Assembly: GCF_006345805.1 (NCBI RefSeq)
Contig: NC_043005.1
Location: forward strand, 14,136,001 to 14,200,000
Direction of reading: 5' to 3'
Source: Octopus sinensis
Taxonomy: Eukaryota
Length of the DNA stretch: 64,000 nt
A model generated the notes under the pieces. That model did no database searches and had not been told where the DNA came from. It was given only the letters and a program-made list of their open reading frames with translations. This document shows, piece by piece, positions 63,395-64,000 of this stretch. Position numbers and translations under genes: made by a program. The number at the start of each line of letters is the position of its first letter. The first letter of the stretch is position 1.

Positions 63395-64000
63395 AATGAG
63401 TACATAATTCTGTATAAAAAAATACGCAGCCTCACAACACAGTCATGTAAACACAAGCAATAGTCAGTGCATTTTGGGGAGCTGAACATTGTGAATGGTT
63501 AGTAAAGCGCATTTTCGCTGTACAAAACAGAATCTTTGACTGATCACCCATATTATCATAGCTCAATTTATGATTCACATAATATGATTCACAATTAACC
63601 ACACTGTTACCCCAGATCAATGCCAAATGAACCAGTAATGAATGAGGCTACATGTACTACTTTCCACATCATCTATTTGTACATTCTTCTGACATTATGG
63701 AGAACGTTTTTGCCCACTGGCAGACTATGTCTGTTTTCCACCCAGTGCTTGTCATCCATTCACAACAAACTCCAGCACTGGTGCAGTCACTAGATCCACC
63801 TCCTAATTAAATCACCTAGGCAACAAACTATGAACTAGGAGGGGTAAGTTATCGAAACAGTTTAGGATACTTTCACCAATGAAGTGCAAATTTGTAAAAT
63901 TTACAACACTCAAGTGCAAATTTATAAAAGGCTAACAAACTGAATGATTGATGGATAGATATCATTGTTTTACTGTCTACTTTTCCATGCTTATATGGAT

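Noticed and set aside
62790-63840. Minus-strand segments with donor-like sites (e.g. DLRTLGFTEEM)
   Set aside because: Better explained as decayed RTE ORF fragments than host exons; too fragmentary to delimit

Overview
AT-rich eukaryotic, repeat-dense window with no recognisable intact host protein-coding gene, so it is probably intronic or intergenic. The SINE/LINE repertoire and long (TA)n/(CA)n tracts resemble an octopus (coleoid cephalopod) genome; this is an inference. DNA transposons: a decayed full-length mariner (850-2138), a decayed full-length maT/DD37D element (23185-24417), four non-autonomous Helitrons, and piggyBac-, hAT- and Tigger-type MITEs. Retroelements: RTE, R4/Dong and CR1-like LINE remnants, about 10 copies of a (GAT)n-tailed RTE 3'UTR, and four tRNA-type SINE families, many with clean TSDs. 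Most ORFs in the supplied track are artefacts of repeats or microsatellites. The most interesting signals are RNA structures. (1) Two minimal type-I hammerhead-ribozyme folds with non-canonical cores: a G3:C8-swapped core at 18936-18986 and a U4C core at 38753-38790 inside a perfect 33-bp inverted repeat. (2) Tandem predicted H-type pseudoknots in the RTE 3'UTR, plus a terminal pseudoknot shared by LINE and SINE tails. (3) A near-perfect fold-back with 72-bp arms at 63236-63394. (4) Several closely spaced inverted repeat pairs that would make long dsRNA if transcribed. All structures were folded by eye and are untested.
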